Translations under genes and position numbers: made by a program
Assembly: GCF_000253055.1 (NCBI RefSeq)
Contig: NC_016070.1
Location: forward strand, 1,500,001-1,532,000
DNA: 32,000 nt
Direction of reading: 5' to 3'
Source: Thermoproteus tenax Kra 1
GTDB taxonomy: Archaea > Thermoproteota > Thermoprotei > Thermoproteales > Thermoproteaceae
The notes under the pieces: generated by a model
Database searches by the model: none
Told to the model about the DNA's origin: nothing
What the model saw: only the letters and a program-made list of their open reading frames with translations
Shown here: one piece after another, positions 7,494 to 15,772 of the stretch
Layout of the letters: every line of letters starts with the position of its first letter
Position numbering within the stretch: position 1 is the first letter of the stretch

Positions 7494-8239
7494 GGGTGGG
7501 GATAATCGGGGCGGGCAAGATGGGCCTCTGGCTGAAGAGAGAGATATCGGCTCTTCATGAGGTTTATCTACACGATGTAGATGAGAGAAAAAGCGAGAAA
7601 CCTCTCGGCGAACTAGTGAGCGATAGCGACGTCATAATAGTCGCCGTCGGCTTCAGAGACGTCTCCAAAGTCCTCCAAGGGCTAAGCGCCATGCCTCTGT
7701 GCGGCAAACTCGTGATGGACATAGCCTCCTTCAAAAAGTATGTGCTCGATGGCTACAGAGCTCTGCCCGACTGTGCCCTCGCCGCTACTGTCCACCCCAT
7801 GTTCGGCCCCGGAGCTGAGAGCATAAAGGGAAAGAAGGTCGTAGTCATGGAGGTTCCTGGGCGCCAAGGCGTCGAGATGGCCGAGGACTTCTTCAGAGGA
7901 TTGGGCGCAAGAGTAGTGAGGGGGTCTCTGGACGACCATGAGAAGTACGTGAGATACACCATAGCGCTCAGCTATGCAGTGGGATTGGCGCTCGCCAGAA
8001 TCTATTCAAAATATGGAGATGCGTTGGAAAAATACGGCGGAACATCCTTTAGATATCTCTCGATATACGTCGAATCGCTCTTGGGGGATCCCTCGGCGGA
8101 GCTATACGCTGAAGAGGCCCGGGACGTCCTAGACGAGTTCATTGAGGCATTGAGGGCCAAAGGCATGCCTAGGCCCACTATGGATCCAGCGGAGGCCTAC
8201 GAGCTGTTCTATAGGGCTCTGTCAACGCTTGGGTACTAG
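7490..8239 (+). CDS. tyrA: Prephenate dehydrogenase
   Basis: N-terminal Rossmann MRVGIIGAGKMGLWL, SDVIIVAV, MDIASFKK, VHPMFGPG. Confidence 0.88.
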   Translation: MRVGIIGAGKMGLWLKREISALHEVYLHDVDERKSEKPLGELVSDSDVIIVAVGFRDVSKVLQGLSAMPLCGKLVMDIASFKKYVLDGYRALPDCALAATVHPMFGPGAESIKGKKVVVMEVPGRQGVEMAEDFFRGLGARVVRGSLDDHEKYVRYTIALSYAVGLALARIYSKYGDALEKYGGTSFRYLSIYVESLLGDPSAELYAEEARDVLDEFIEALRAKGMPRPTMDPAEAYELFYRALSTLGY

Positions 8240-8962
8240 TCTCGCCATGGCGCCTTCGAAGGCCGAGGCCATGACCCTCTCGATCTCGGCCATCTCCACC
8301 AACGCCTTGATCGTGGTGCCTCCCGGGGTTGCTATCATCTCCACGAGCTCCTCAGGCGATCTCTGCCTCATGAGGAGGGGGACGTAGCGGAAGAGCTCGT
8401 CGGCCACTTCCTTGGCGATGTCCCAAGGCACTCCTATATCCACCGAGGCGCGGACAAAACTATCTAAAAGTTTGGCGACCAAGGCGGGGCCACTGCCGAG
8501 GACTACAGTCAAGGGGTCTATGAGCTTCTCGTCTACCCATATGACCCTCGGCGAAATAGCTTTCAACAGTCCATCTATCTGTTCATCATAGGGGCCTGTC
8601 ACTGCGATAGTCGTCAATGCAACGTTCGTCATCGCCCTGAAGGGCCTGTTGGAAAACGCAGATAGCTTGGATAAAGGCACGCCTGCAACAAAGGATATTA
8701 AGGGCTTCTCGGTCTTGACGGAGATCTCCTCGACGTTATAGGGCTTAACCGAGAGGATAACTACATCGCTCTTAGACACCACTACGTTGTTATCCAAGTG
8801 CACCTCAAAGCCCATCTTAGTGAGCCTCTCGCGGGACTTGGGAGATTTTACAGAGCCTAGAACTCGGAACCCCCTATCTCTCAGCTTCAACCCTAACGCC
8901 GAGCCCAGTTTGCCCAAGCCTATTATGCCAACCACTTGGGGGACTGGTGTCCATGCCTTCAC
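8222..8962 (-). CDS. proC: Pyrroline-5-carboxylate reductase
   Basis: VVGIIGLGKLGSALG, SDVVILSVKPYNVEEI, GSGPALVAKLLDSFV, ELVEMIATPGGTTIKALVEME-type ending. Start could be GTG 8962 or GTG 8935. Confidence 0.88.
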   Translation of the reverse strand: MKAWTPVPQVVGIIGLGKLGSALGLKLRDRGFRVLGSVKSPKSRERLTKMGFEVHLDNNVVVSKSDVVILSVKPYNVEEISVKTEKPLISFVAGVPLSKLSAFSNRPFRAMTNVALTTIAVTGPYDEQIDGLLKAISPRVIWVDEKLIDPLTVVLGSGPALVAKLLDSFVRASVDIGVPWDIAKEVADELFRYVPLLMRQRSPEELVEMIATPGGTTIKALVEMAEIERVMASAFEGAMARLVPKR

Positions 8963-9000
8963 TTCGAAAACTATTTTTAAATCTTTATCAGAGGCCGGGC

Positions 9001-9090
9001 ATGGGCCTTGATACGGCGATAATAGCCCTAGTATATTTACTCGTGATCTTGATAACTGTGCTCAGGCTAAGAAAAGGGCGTTCATGCTAG
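9001..9090 (+). CDS. Candidate leaderless 29-aa single-TM microprotein
   Basis: ATG at 9001 to TAG at 9090: MGLDTAIIALVYLLVILITVLRLRKGRSC. TATA-like tttttaaat (8974-8982) is centred about 23 nt upstream. Confidence 0.45.
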   Translation: MGLDTAIIALVYLLVILITVLRLRKGRSC

Positions 9091-10076
9091 TCGAGCATCA
9101 CGACCTGTCTCCCCACGTGTCTCGATTGGGGCATCCCTTTGACAAGTTCAGGCACTCTATCGAAACTGAAGGCCGTGTACACAGCTCTCACTTTACCCTC
9201 GGACAACAGCCGCAAGGCCTCCGCCAAATCAGAACGGGAGCCTTGCAACACAGGCAAGACATCTATCTCCTTGAGTATAAATAGACCCAGTTTGATCAAC
9301 GCAGGGTTTGGATCGACGTTGCCTATTAACGCTATTTTGCCTCCTGGCTTCAGAGAGCGGGCCGATTGTTCAAGAGTGGGTCCTCCCACAGTCTCTACCA
9401 CAACATCGGCGTATCCCAGCCTCTTGACCTCTTCGGCGAATTCTTGGGAAGTTATCACATAGTCTGCAAATTTAGAGACAAGCTCGGCCTTCTGAGGCTT
9501 TGTGATGGCGACAGTCCTTGCTCCATAGGCCTTAGCTATTTGAAGCGCATGGATCCCGACGCCGCCCGAGGCCCCCGTGACCGCCACCAGATAGCCCTGC
9601 CTCACGCCGGTCTTCTTCACGGCCCTAACCACAGTCGAGAGGACGCATGCTGCGAAGGAGGCGGCCGCAAAATCCACGTTGTCCGGAATCTTAACAAGGG
9701 ACTTGGCATCTACAGATATATATTCAGCGTAGGCTCCCCATATGTCCTCTCCGAATACCCTCTTGTTTTTACAAAGGTACTCACGTCCCGACTTGCAGTA
9801 CTCACACTCGCCACAATATTCAAACATCATGCCGGCCACTCTATCGCCTGGGCCCAACTCTACGCCGTCGCCTACCTCGACAACAATACCGGCAAACTCA
9901 TGGCCGGGCACGGTGGGGAACTTAACCCTCTGCCAACCTGCCCAGGACAGATAATCCCTATAGCAAATTCCGAAGGCCTTCACCTTGACCACAGCTCTGC
10001 CGGGAGCAGCCCTTGGTTTTTCTACCTCAGAAAGCTCGAGCTCGCCCCTCGGTTGTCGTAATAAATAGGCCTTCAT
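9087..10076 (-). CDS. Zinc-containing alcohol dehydrogenase (MDR superfamily)
   Basis: GHEFAGIVVEVGDGV, structural zinc site CGECEYCKSGREYLC, VTGASGGVGIHALQIAKAYG. Confidence 0.92.
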   Translation of the reverse strand: MKAYLLRQPRGELELSEVEKPRAAPGRAVVKVKAFGICYRDYLSWAGWQRVKFPTVPGHEFAGIVVEVGDGVELGPGDRVAGMMFEYCGECEYCKSGREYLCKNKRVFGEDIWGAYAEYISVDAKSLVKIPDNVDFAAASFAACVLSTVVRAVKKTGVRQGYLVAVTGASGGVGIHALQIAKAYGARTVAITKPQKAELVSKFADYVITSQEFAEEVKRLGYADVVVETVGGPTLEQSARSLKPGGKIALIGNVDPNPALIKLGLFILKEIDVLPVLQGSRSDLAEALRLLSEGKVRAVYTAFSFDRVPELVKGMPQSRHVGRQVVMLD

Positions 10077-10137
10077 ACCAGAGAGAGGGGGGTCGCTTTT
10101 AAAGCTGTCTCAGGAGAATTTATCTTGCATAGTAGCC

Positions 10138-10908
10138 GTGAGTGTACAGATAGATATAGTGGGACGATGCCCTGTATGCGGAGGAGAGAGGCTGGCCCTC
10201 AATTCAGAGTACATGGTCGTCTGTACATCGTGTGGGACTGTCCTGGGAGGCGCCGTGGCGTCAGGCGCCTATGCTACGAGACGTGACGATGACCACGCCC
10301 CGATCTTTGGTTCCACGCTCTTCGATTGGCACGATATAAGGGGACTAGTCGTGCCTAAATACAAGGTCTACGAGATGTTGAACAGAAGAGTTTCGAGCGG
10401 CGTAGAGACCGAGATCGATAAGCTCGCATCTCTGTTGAGCCTGCCCAAGGCCTGTTCGAGCACAGCCAAGTGGATAGTCATGCGTATACGCTATGTCCGC
10501 GACGTGGAGCTCACCGCCGCCGCCGCCCTGTTTATATCTTGCCGGATAGTGAAGACTTATGCCGACTTTAAGTTCAAGGGTTTTGACGCCGAAAAGCTGA
10601 GGAGGAAGATAGTGTTGCTCCAGAAGTTGGCCAAATTGAGCATGCCGCCGCCTCCGCCCGTTCAAGTAATACACCACCTTGTCTCCGAGTTTAAGCTGGG
10701 CCCCGAAGTCGTTAGAGATTCGCTCGATATACTGGAGGTATTATCCCCCATTCTAGGTAGGGGGAAGATAGCCCAGCTAGTAGCATTTATCCTAGCGGCA
10801 AGGGCGCGGGGCCATAAGATAGATGTACGCGCTGTTGCGGATGCCTCTTGGTCTCAGCCGGACCTTATAGTCGACGCCTTGAAGACAGTTGCTAGGGCTG
10901 TGAAGTAG
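10138..10908 (+). CDS. tfb: Divergent transcription initiation factor B (TFB) paralogue
   Basis: Zn ribbon CPVCGG-X15-CTSCG followed by cyclin-like repeats (ELTAAAALFISCRI; IAQLVAFILAARARGHKIDVRAVADAS). Confidence 0.8.
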   Translation: MSVQIDIVGRCPVCGGERLALNSEYMVVCTSCGTVLGGAVASGAYATRRDDDHAPIFGSTLFDWHDIRGLVVPKYKVYEMLNRRVSSGVETEIDKLASLLSLPKACSSTAKWIVMRIRYVRDVELTAAAALFISCRIVKTYADFKFKGFDAEKLRRKIVLLQKLAKLSMPPPPPVQVIHHLVSEFKLGPEVVRDSLDILEVLSPILGRGKIAQLVAFILAARARGHKIDVRAVADASWSQPDLIVDALKTVARAVK

Positions 10909-10961
10909 CCGCCGGACGGCCCCTGAGCAAAGGTTTTAAACTGAGCAGTTATATCAGAGAC

Positions 10962-11063
10962 GCGGGGGTGCCCGAGCCAGGTCAAAGGGGCAGAGGAGAG
11001 GTCCGCCCAAGGTTTAGGTCCCTGTGGCGTAGGCCTGCGTGGGTTCAAATCCCACCCCCCGCA
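10962..11063 (+). tRNA. tRNA-Leu (anticodon TAG) with a 17-nt insertion at about position 29/30 (probable non-canonical intron)
   Basis: Acceptor GCGGGGG/CCCCCGC, long variable arm, T arm GTGGG-TTCAAAT-CCCAC. Removing AGGAGAGGTCCGCCCAA gives CAGGG-TTTAGGT-CCCTG and an 85-nt mature tRNA. Confidence 0.85.
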
Positions 11064-12061
11064 TTCCGTTCTCTGCAGGTCTCTTCAAGCACCTCTACGA
11101 ATAGAGACATAGCCTCTCTGAACTCGCTGTAAGGTACGGAGGCTAGTCCGACCCGAACGCCGTTATCCACGCCGAAGTAACGCCCCGGCACTACAGCTAT
11201 GCTCTTATTGAGTAGCCTATAGGCCAATTCGGTGCCCGAGATATTGCACAGAGGCTTAAAGTATAGAACTGGCATATATTCGGTGTATAACACATCCCCA
11301 TAGAGCTTAAGCGCAGAGAGGGCGGGCAACCGCTCTCTTATTAGCGATATGTTCCTCTCCCGAAAAACAGCCCTATTCCTCAGCAGATAGGAGGCATACC
11401 TAACGCCCAGGCGGAAGTTGAGCGGGCTCACTAAGTCTATCACCTCCGTTGCGCGTTGTACTATGTGCTCATCTCCCACAATCCAACCGACCTTAAACTC
11501 GGGCGTCGTGTAGAACTTCGATGTGCTGGACGTATAGACTATGCGTTCAAGGGGGAGACCGGACAGATTGTCGGTCACGAACTCCATAAAGATGCTGTCT
11601 ATAACCGCATATGCGTTCTTTCTACGGAGCTCATCGCTGAGCTCCCAGAGCCGTCTCTCGCTTAAGAAGAGGCCGGTGGGGTTGTTCGGGCTGGAGAGAA
11701 ACAACAGGGAATTCTGCTTGACGGCGCCCACTATGTTCTCATAGGTAAGCTCCAATACGGCCTGCCTCATGCCGAGAAATTGAGGCAGAAGGCGAATTGG
11801 CTCATACTCTGGCACGAAAGTTATTGCCTCAGCCACACCCATAGACTTCAATGCGGCCAGCGCAGCGAAATTGGCCTCTTGGGCGCCGTAAGTTATAGCT
11901 ATGTTTTCCTTCTTGACCTGATAGAGGGACGACAAGACGTCTGACAGATCCCCCGAGATCTCGGGGCGGATACTGTCGATATCAATGGGCAAGACTCCGC
12001 TACTGGCCAGATCGTATTTGGCTTTAAGCGCTCTGAGCCAGACAAAGTGTCCTATCTGCAC
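11045..12061 (-). CDS. Aminotransferase class I/II family
   Basis: NIAITYGAQEANFAAL, LFLSSPNNPTGLFLS, VYTSSTSKFYTTPEFKVGWIVG, VRVGLASVP. The 3' end overlaps the tRNA-Leu gene antisense. Confidence 0.85.
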   Translation of the reverse strand: MQIGHFVWLRALKAKYDLASSGVLPIDIDSIRPEISGDLSDVLSSLYQVKKENIAITYGAQEANFAALAALKSMGVAEAITFVPEYEPIRLLPQFLGMRQAVLELTYENIVGAVKQNSLLFLSSPNNPTGLFLSERRLWELSDELRRKNAYAVIDSIFMEFVTDNLSGLPLERIVYTSSTSKFYTTPEFKVGWIVGDEHIVQRATEVIDLVSPLNFRLGVRYASYLLRNRAVFRERNISLIRERLPALSALKLYGDVLYTEYMPVLYFKPLCNISGTELAYRLLNKSIAVVPGRYFGVDNGVRVGLASVPYSEFREAMSLFVEVLEETCRERNAGGGI

Positions 12062-12107
12062 GCCAACAAAATGACGCTCTATTTTAAGTCACCTGCACGT
12101 CTGCCTG

Positions 12108-12170
12108 ATGGCTTTGCATGCTCGACGTCGGCATGTAACGTTTGCAAGAGCGCCCGAGTCTGTTGAGTAA
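12108..12170 (+). other. Short upstream ORF (20 aa) directly abutting nep1
   Basis: ATG GCT TTG CAT GCT CGA CGT CGG CAT GTA ACG ... GAG TAA immediately followed by ATG of nep1 at 12171. Its ATG is about 23 nt from the attttaag TATA. Confidence 0.3.
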
Positions 12171-12908
12171 ATGGCGAAGGCGTCCAGGTGGAGTCTAGAT
12201 TTTCTAACGCTATCTGTTTTTAGAGTCCCCGTAGGTAGCAAAGTGATCTTGATCCTCGCCGAGTCTTCGCTTGAGCTAATCCCGCCTGAGATACAAAGTC
12301 ACCCACTAATACTTAGGGACGCAAGGAGGAGGGGCAAGGAGCCAAGGAGCATACTGCTAGATAAGGCGAGGCACTATAAGGCCATGAGGGGCCTGCCCAA
12401 GTCTGAGAAGAGGGGTAGACCCGATATTGTTCATATGAGTATGTTGGCTTTCCAATACAGCGTTTTGAACATGAAAGGCATGGGCCGTATGTTTGTCCAC
12501 ACTATAAACGACGTAGTAATAAGGTTGAGAAGCGACGCACGTATTCCTAAGAACTACTGGAACTTCGTAGGCCTGATGGAACAGCTGTTGAATGCCGGCG
12601 CAGTCCCGCCCTGGGGCGAGCCGCTGTTGATCGCCGAGAGGAAGAGTTTGAGGGAGTTGCTCAGAGAGTTGGGCGGGAGGTGGATTGTATTACACGAGGA
12701 GGGCAACCGCGTGGATCCTCTGGAGTTGGGCAGAGCTCTCGCAAACTCGGTGGTTGTGGTCGGCGGGTTTCCCCACGGAGACTTCGAGGACAAGCGGATA
12801 CTGAGAGACGCCTCCTCAGTGTTCCGAATAAGCGATATGCCGTTAGACGCCTGGCAGGTCGTGTTTAGAGCTGTGACGCTCGCGGAAATCTCGCTAGGCC
12901 TTATTTAG
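12171..12908 (+). CDS. nep1: rRNA pseudouridine N1-methyltransferase Nep1 (Emg1)
   Basis: LILAESSLELIPPEIQSHPLI, ILLDKARHYKAMRGL, GRPDIVHMSML, VHTINDVVIRLRSDARIPKNYWNFVGLMEQLL. Confidence 0.93.
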   Translation: MAKASRWSLDFLTLSVFRVPVGSKVILILAESSLELIPPEIQSHPLILRDARRRGKEPRSILLDKARHYKAMRGLPKSEKRGRPDIVHMSMLAFQYSVLNMKGMGRMFVHTINDVVIRLRSDARIPKNYWNFVGLMEQLLNAGAVPPWGEPLLIAERKSLRELLRELGGRWIVLHEEGNRVDPLELGRALANSVVVVGGFPHGDFEDKRILRDASSVFRISDMPLDAWQVVFRAVTLAEISLGLI

Positions 12909-13274
12909 GTTTCTCAACACTCTGAGCCAAGTGGCTATGGACTCTCCGCCAGCCACCAGCTTGTTCCTTATTAAATAGTATTGGCTGACTTTTCCCCTCT
13001 CCACGAGCCATGCGGCGAACATGTTCACTAGAACCCTTTCGGCGCCTCTCTTCAACATCCCCATCGCGTAGTCGACCGAGTAATCTCTAGCTACAGGGTT
13101 GCCTCTCTGTGCTGCATCCCTCGCCCTTGCCAGAAGGAGTTTAGGCCCCATCTCTTGGAGCCACTCTCTAAATGCTCCTAACTCCGTCTGGAACTTCCTC
13201 GCTATGTCGGTCTCCGAAAATCTTTCCCAAAGCTTGTTGAGCTCGTTTAGAATGGTCTTCTCCTCTTGGGCCAT
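12894..13274 (-). CDS. Hypothetical protein (start refined to ATG 13274)
   Basis: ORF open to 13292, but a TATA-like taaaatatatg sits about 23 nt upstream of the internal ATG: MAQEEKTILNELNKLWERFSETD... Confidence 0.6.
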   Translation of the reverse strand: MAQEEKTILNELNKLWERFSETDIARKFQTELGAFREWLQEMGPKLLLARARDAAQRGNPVARDYSVDYAMGMLKRGAERVLVNMFAAWLVERGKVSQYYLIRNKLVAGGESIATWLRVLRNLNKA

Positions 13275-13315
13275 GTAGGAGGGGCTCCTCATATATTTTA
13301 AACCTTCCTTCTATT

Positions 13316-13909
13316 GTGCTTGATAAGAGGTCGCTGGCTAGGCTTATAGATTCACTGCCAACTTTTAGAGAACCGAAATTGCGCCTGGAGCAGTATGTGA
13401 CGCCGGGCGACGTGGTGGCCACTATAGTATGGTCCTCATTTATGCGGGGGGAACTAGGCGCAGGCTGGGCGGTGGACTTAGGTTGCGGCACCGGCAGGTT
13501 TGCGTATGCAATAACAGCCCTGGGGGGCCGCGCGGTATGTTTGGACATAGACGTCGACGCACTTCGTATAGCGCGTGAGCTTGGTCTCGACGTGGCCGTC
13601 TGCGATGCAAGGATGCCGTGCGCTAAAGCTGGAGTCATCGTTTTCATGAATCCGCCCTTCGGCGTATGGAAAACCCACGCAGATTTGGAGTTCCTCAGGG
13701 GCGCTTCCAAGATCGCCGATATTATATACTCTATACACAAGAGGACAACTCAACAATTTATAGAGAGGGCGGCTGCTCAACTGGGCTACCGAGCTGAGGT
13801 CATCGAGATAGCCTATATTCCGATTCCGCCGATGTACAGACACCATAGAAAGTGGAGACATAAAGTCGAGGCGACCGTATTTAGATTCCAACGGACCTCT
13901 GGCTACTAA
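13316..13909 (+). CDS. METTL5-like SAM-dependent N6-adenine RNA methyltransferase family
   Basis: RLEQYVTPGDVVATIVW, VDLGCGTGRFAYA, catalytic NPPFG with GVWKTHADLEFL. Confidence 0.88.
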   Translation: MLDKRSLARLIDSLPTFREPKLRLEQYVTPGDVVATIVWSSFMRGELGAGWAVDLGCGTGRFAYAITALGGRAVCLDIDVDALRIARELGLDVAVCDARMPCAKAGVIVFMNPPFGVWKTHADLEFLRGASKIADIIYSIHKRTTQQFIERAAAQLGYRAEVIEIAYIPIPPMYRHHRKWRHKVEATVFRFQRTSGY

Positions 13910-14178
13910 GTCGCCAAGAGGGATCTCTCAAGAGCTTCAAGGTCGTTGAGGATGTTCTGGACGGCTCTTCTTATGGCGTCGAGGGGAGCGCCGTTCCTAG
14001 TCTTAACCTTGAAGGTTACGTCCTCAATCAGGGGATGCCCTACGTCGAACGTCACATACTCTACATCTGGGTCTTCAGAGAGATATTCGACCAAGGGCGA
14101 GAAGAGGGTGTATGTCTCGCCCTTAGTCTTAAGCTCAAGGTAATGTTCGTCGAGCTTGACGATTTCTATCGACATCAC
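13906..14178 (-). CDS. rpoL: DNA-directed RNA polymerase subunit L (Rpb11-like)
   Basis: LDEHYLELKTKGETYTLFSPLVEYLSEDPDVEYVTFDVGHPLIEDVTFKVKTRNGAPLDAIRRAVQNI. Confidence 0.88.
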   Translation of the reverse strand: MMSIEIVKLDEHYLELKTKGETYTLFSPLVEYLSEDPDVEYVTFDVGHPLIEDVTFKVKTRNGAPLDAIRRAVQNILNDLEALERSLLAT

Positions 14179-14261
14179 GTTGCCGAGATATGTCCAGCTT
14201 ATTTAGGTTTTGGCCCTACACCTATTAAGAGCGCTTGGACAAAAGGCGGAGGACGCGCGCC

Positions 14262-14858
14262 CTACGTCTGACCTATAACAGCGAAAAGAGCCTTTTTGGC
14301 CGCCGCTAGATTGCCCCTTATGCTGTAGACATCCCCCTTATTTAATATGCCGATAGATGTGAGACGCTCCAACGCCTCCTCTGGGGAAACCCTCTTTACC
14401 GCTATATATAGAGCCACGACCCTCTTCGCGTGGGGACTGACAGGGTATTTCTCCAGGGTCTTGTACACTGCCGATAGCCTCTCCAACGCCCTTGTCACTT
14501 CCTCGAAGGTCGCATCGGTCTGTAGATCTAAGCCCCTCAATTTAGCCCTATGGCCGCTCGCCTCCAGATAGTCGGCCAACACATCGGGAGGCACGGGCGC
14601 AACTACTTCGGCCTTGGCGAAAACCATATCTAGGGGATAGCTACGCAGCGGCCTTATCTTGGTCCGCGCGATGCCGGCCGCGGTCTTTACAACAGCCGCC
14701 GATCTCTTTATATCGGCAGGAGAGCCGCTCAGCTGTATATATACGTTGTTGCCCCTCACTATCGCGTAGTATTCCGTCTTTACATAGACAGGCAGAAGCT
14801 CTAGAAAGTGCTCCAGCTCTTCCTTACTGGCGAACTTGACCGATATTCTCTTAAACAT
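14262..14858 (-). CDS. DUF2067 family protein
   Basis: MFKRISVKFASKEELEHFLELLPVYVKTEYYAIVRGNNVYIQLSGSPADIKRSAAVVK..., placed between csl4 and rpoL as in other crenarchaea. Confidence 0.65.
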   Translation of the reverse strand: MFKRISVKFASKEELEHFLELLPVYVKTEYYAIVRGNNVYIQLSGSPADIKRSAAVVKTAAGIARTKIRPLRSYPLDMVFAKAEVVAPVPPDVLADYLEASGHRAKLRGLDLQTDATFEEVTRALERLSAVYKTLEKYPVSPHAKRVVALYIAVKRVSPEEALERLTSIGILNKGDVYSIRGNLAAAKKALFAVIGQT

Positions 14859-15387
14859 AGAAGCCGTGAGCTATCTTCCTAACGGCGGTGGCTCCGCAGA
14901 CAGGGCACACTAGAATGCCTCCGCGCCTCCTCATTACATTGCCGCATTTGGGGCACACAGCCCTCACGACGCCGAAGGTGGAGCCCCTTATAGAGAGCAG
15001 AAACGGAGGGCCGTAGTTCGACACCACTCTGGCTCTAACGTAGTCGCCTATGCCGACTTTGCCGTCCACAAGTTGAGGCGGTATCAAGCCGGTCACCGGA
15101 TACTTTAACTCCTCAAATCCCTCTTTCATCTCCCTCGCAACACATCTGACGTTGAGCGCTCTTACGCCCTTGGACGTCACCACGCAGTAGAGTATATCGC
15201 CTTGTCTTGGGTACGAGTCGCGCTTAAACGGCTTTACCACTGCTGTATGGCTCAGAGAGTCGTACACGACATATCCTAGCGCAGAGGATCTGAACACGCT
15301 GTCAAGATACGAGCTGCCCTCGACCATAAACTCCTCGGGCATCGCTACCTCCTCTCCGGGCAAGACCAATTTCCGCTTGACGCTCAC
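14851..15387 (-). CDS. csl4: Exosome RNA-binding subunit Csl4
   Basis: VLPGEEVAMPEEFMVEGSSY, GDILYCVVTSKGVRALNVRC, S1-like domain, C-terminal Zn ribbon CPKCGNVMRRRGGILVCPVCG. Confidence 0.9.
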   Translation of the reverse strand: MSVKRKLVLPGEEVAMPEEFMVEGSSYLDSVFRSSALGYVVYDSLSHTAVVKPFKRDSYPRQGDILYCVVTSKGVRALNVRCVAREMKEGFEELKYPVTGLIPPQLVDGKVGIGDYVRARVVSNYGPPFLLSIRGSTFGVVRAVCPKCGNVMRRRGGILVCPVCGATAVRKIAHGFYV

Positions 15388-15430
15388 AAGTGCTGTGAAC
15401 GTGCAAGATTAAATCTCTTCTCAGAGAAAC

Positions 15431-15438
15431 CTTTAAAG
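15431..15438 (+). promoter_or_regulatory. TATA box for a putative plus-strand ncRNA
   Basis: ctttaaag centred at 15434.5. No plus-strand CDS follows; a C-box-like motif begins 30 nt downstream. csl4 has its own candidate gatttaat about 24 nt upstream. Confidence 0.45.
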
Positions 15439-15459
15439 CGGAGGGCCAACATAGGGAGA

Positions 15460-15520
15460 GCCCTGTGATGTAGGTCTTTAGTAGTGATAGACTGAACGCG
15501 AACCCACGAACTGAGGGTCT
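15460..15520 (+). ncRNA. Candidate C/D box-like sRNA with degenerate internal boxes
   Basis: C-like GTGATGT (15465-15471), 12 nt, GTGA, TAGA, CTGAACG, 12-nt CGAACCCACGAA, D CTGA (15511-15514). Promoter-like ctttaaag about 26 nt upstream. Confidence 0.4.
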
Positions 15521-15772
15521 CTACAGCAAGCCCAGCCTGGAGAGGAGGTCAAACGCGTTATTCTCCTTCGCCAACTTCACTATGGCCTTTTTCTCTCCGC
15601 GCGACGTGATGAGCGTGTTCACCTTTTCAACCTTAACTCCGTAGAGCTTCTCAACCTGCTCCTTGATGACGCCCTTAGTGGCCGATCTGTCTACTATAAT
15701 CGTTATCTTGTTCTCCTTCTCCGCTAGCATCAAGGCCTTCTCGGTGAGTACAAATCTGCGTATCACGCTCAT
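15521..15772 (-). CDS. rpl23: 50S ribosomal protein L23
   Basis: SVIRRFVLTEKALMLAEKENKITIIVDRSATKGVIKEQVEKLYGVKVEKVNTLITSRGEKKAIVKL. Start refined to the internal ATG. Confidence 0.95.
   Translation of the reverse strand: MSVIRRFVLTEKALMLAEKENKITIIVDRSATKGVIKEQVEKLYGVKVEKVNTLITSRGEKKAIVKLAKENNAFDLLSRLGLL

Noticed and set aside
9366-10061. Plus-strand 231-aa ORF antisense to the alcohol dehydrogenase
   Set aside because: The minus-strand frame has complete MDR motifs, and the antisense frame matches nothing recognisable.
10076-10138. Including the adh/tfb divergent pair in the shared-TATA class
   Set aside because: The starts are about 62 nt apart and two separate AT-rich boxes (cttttaaag and aatttatc) explain them independently.
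13168-13740. Minus-strand 190-aa ORF antisense to the METTL5-like gene
   Set aside because: It overlaps a strongly supported methyltransferase (DLGCGTG, NPPFG) and has a weak start context.
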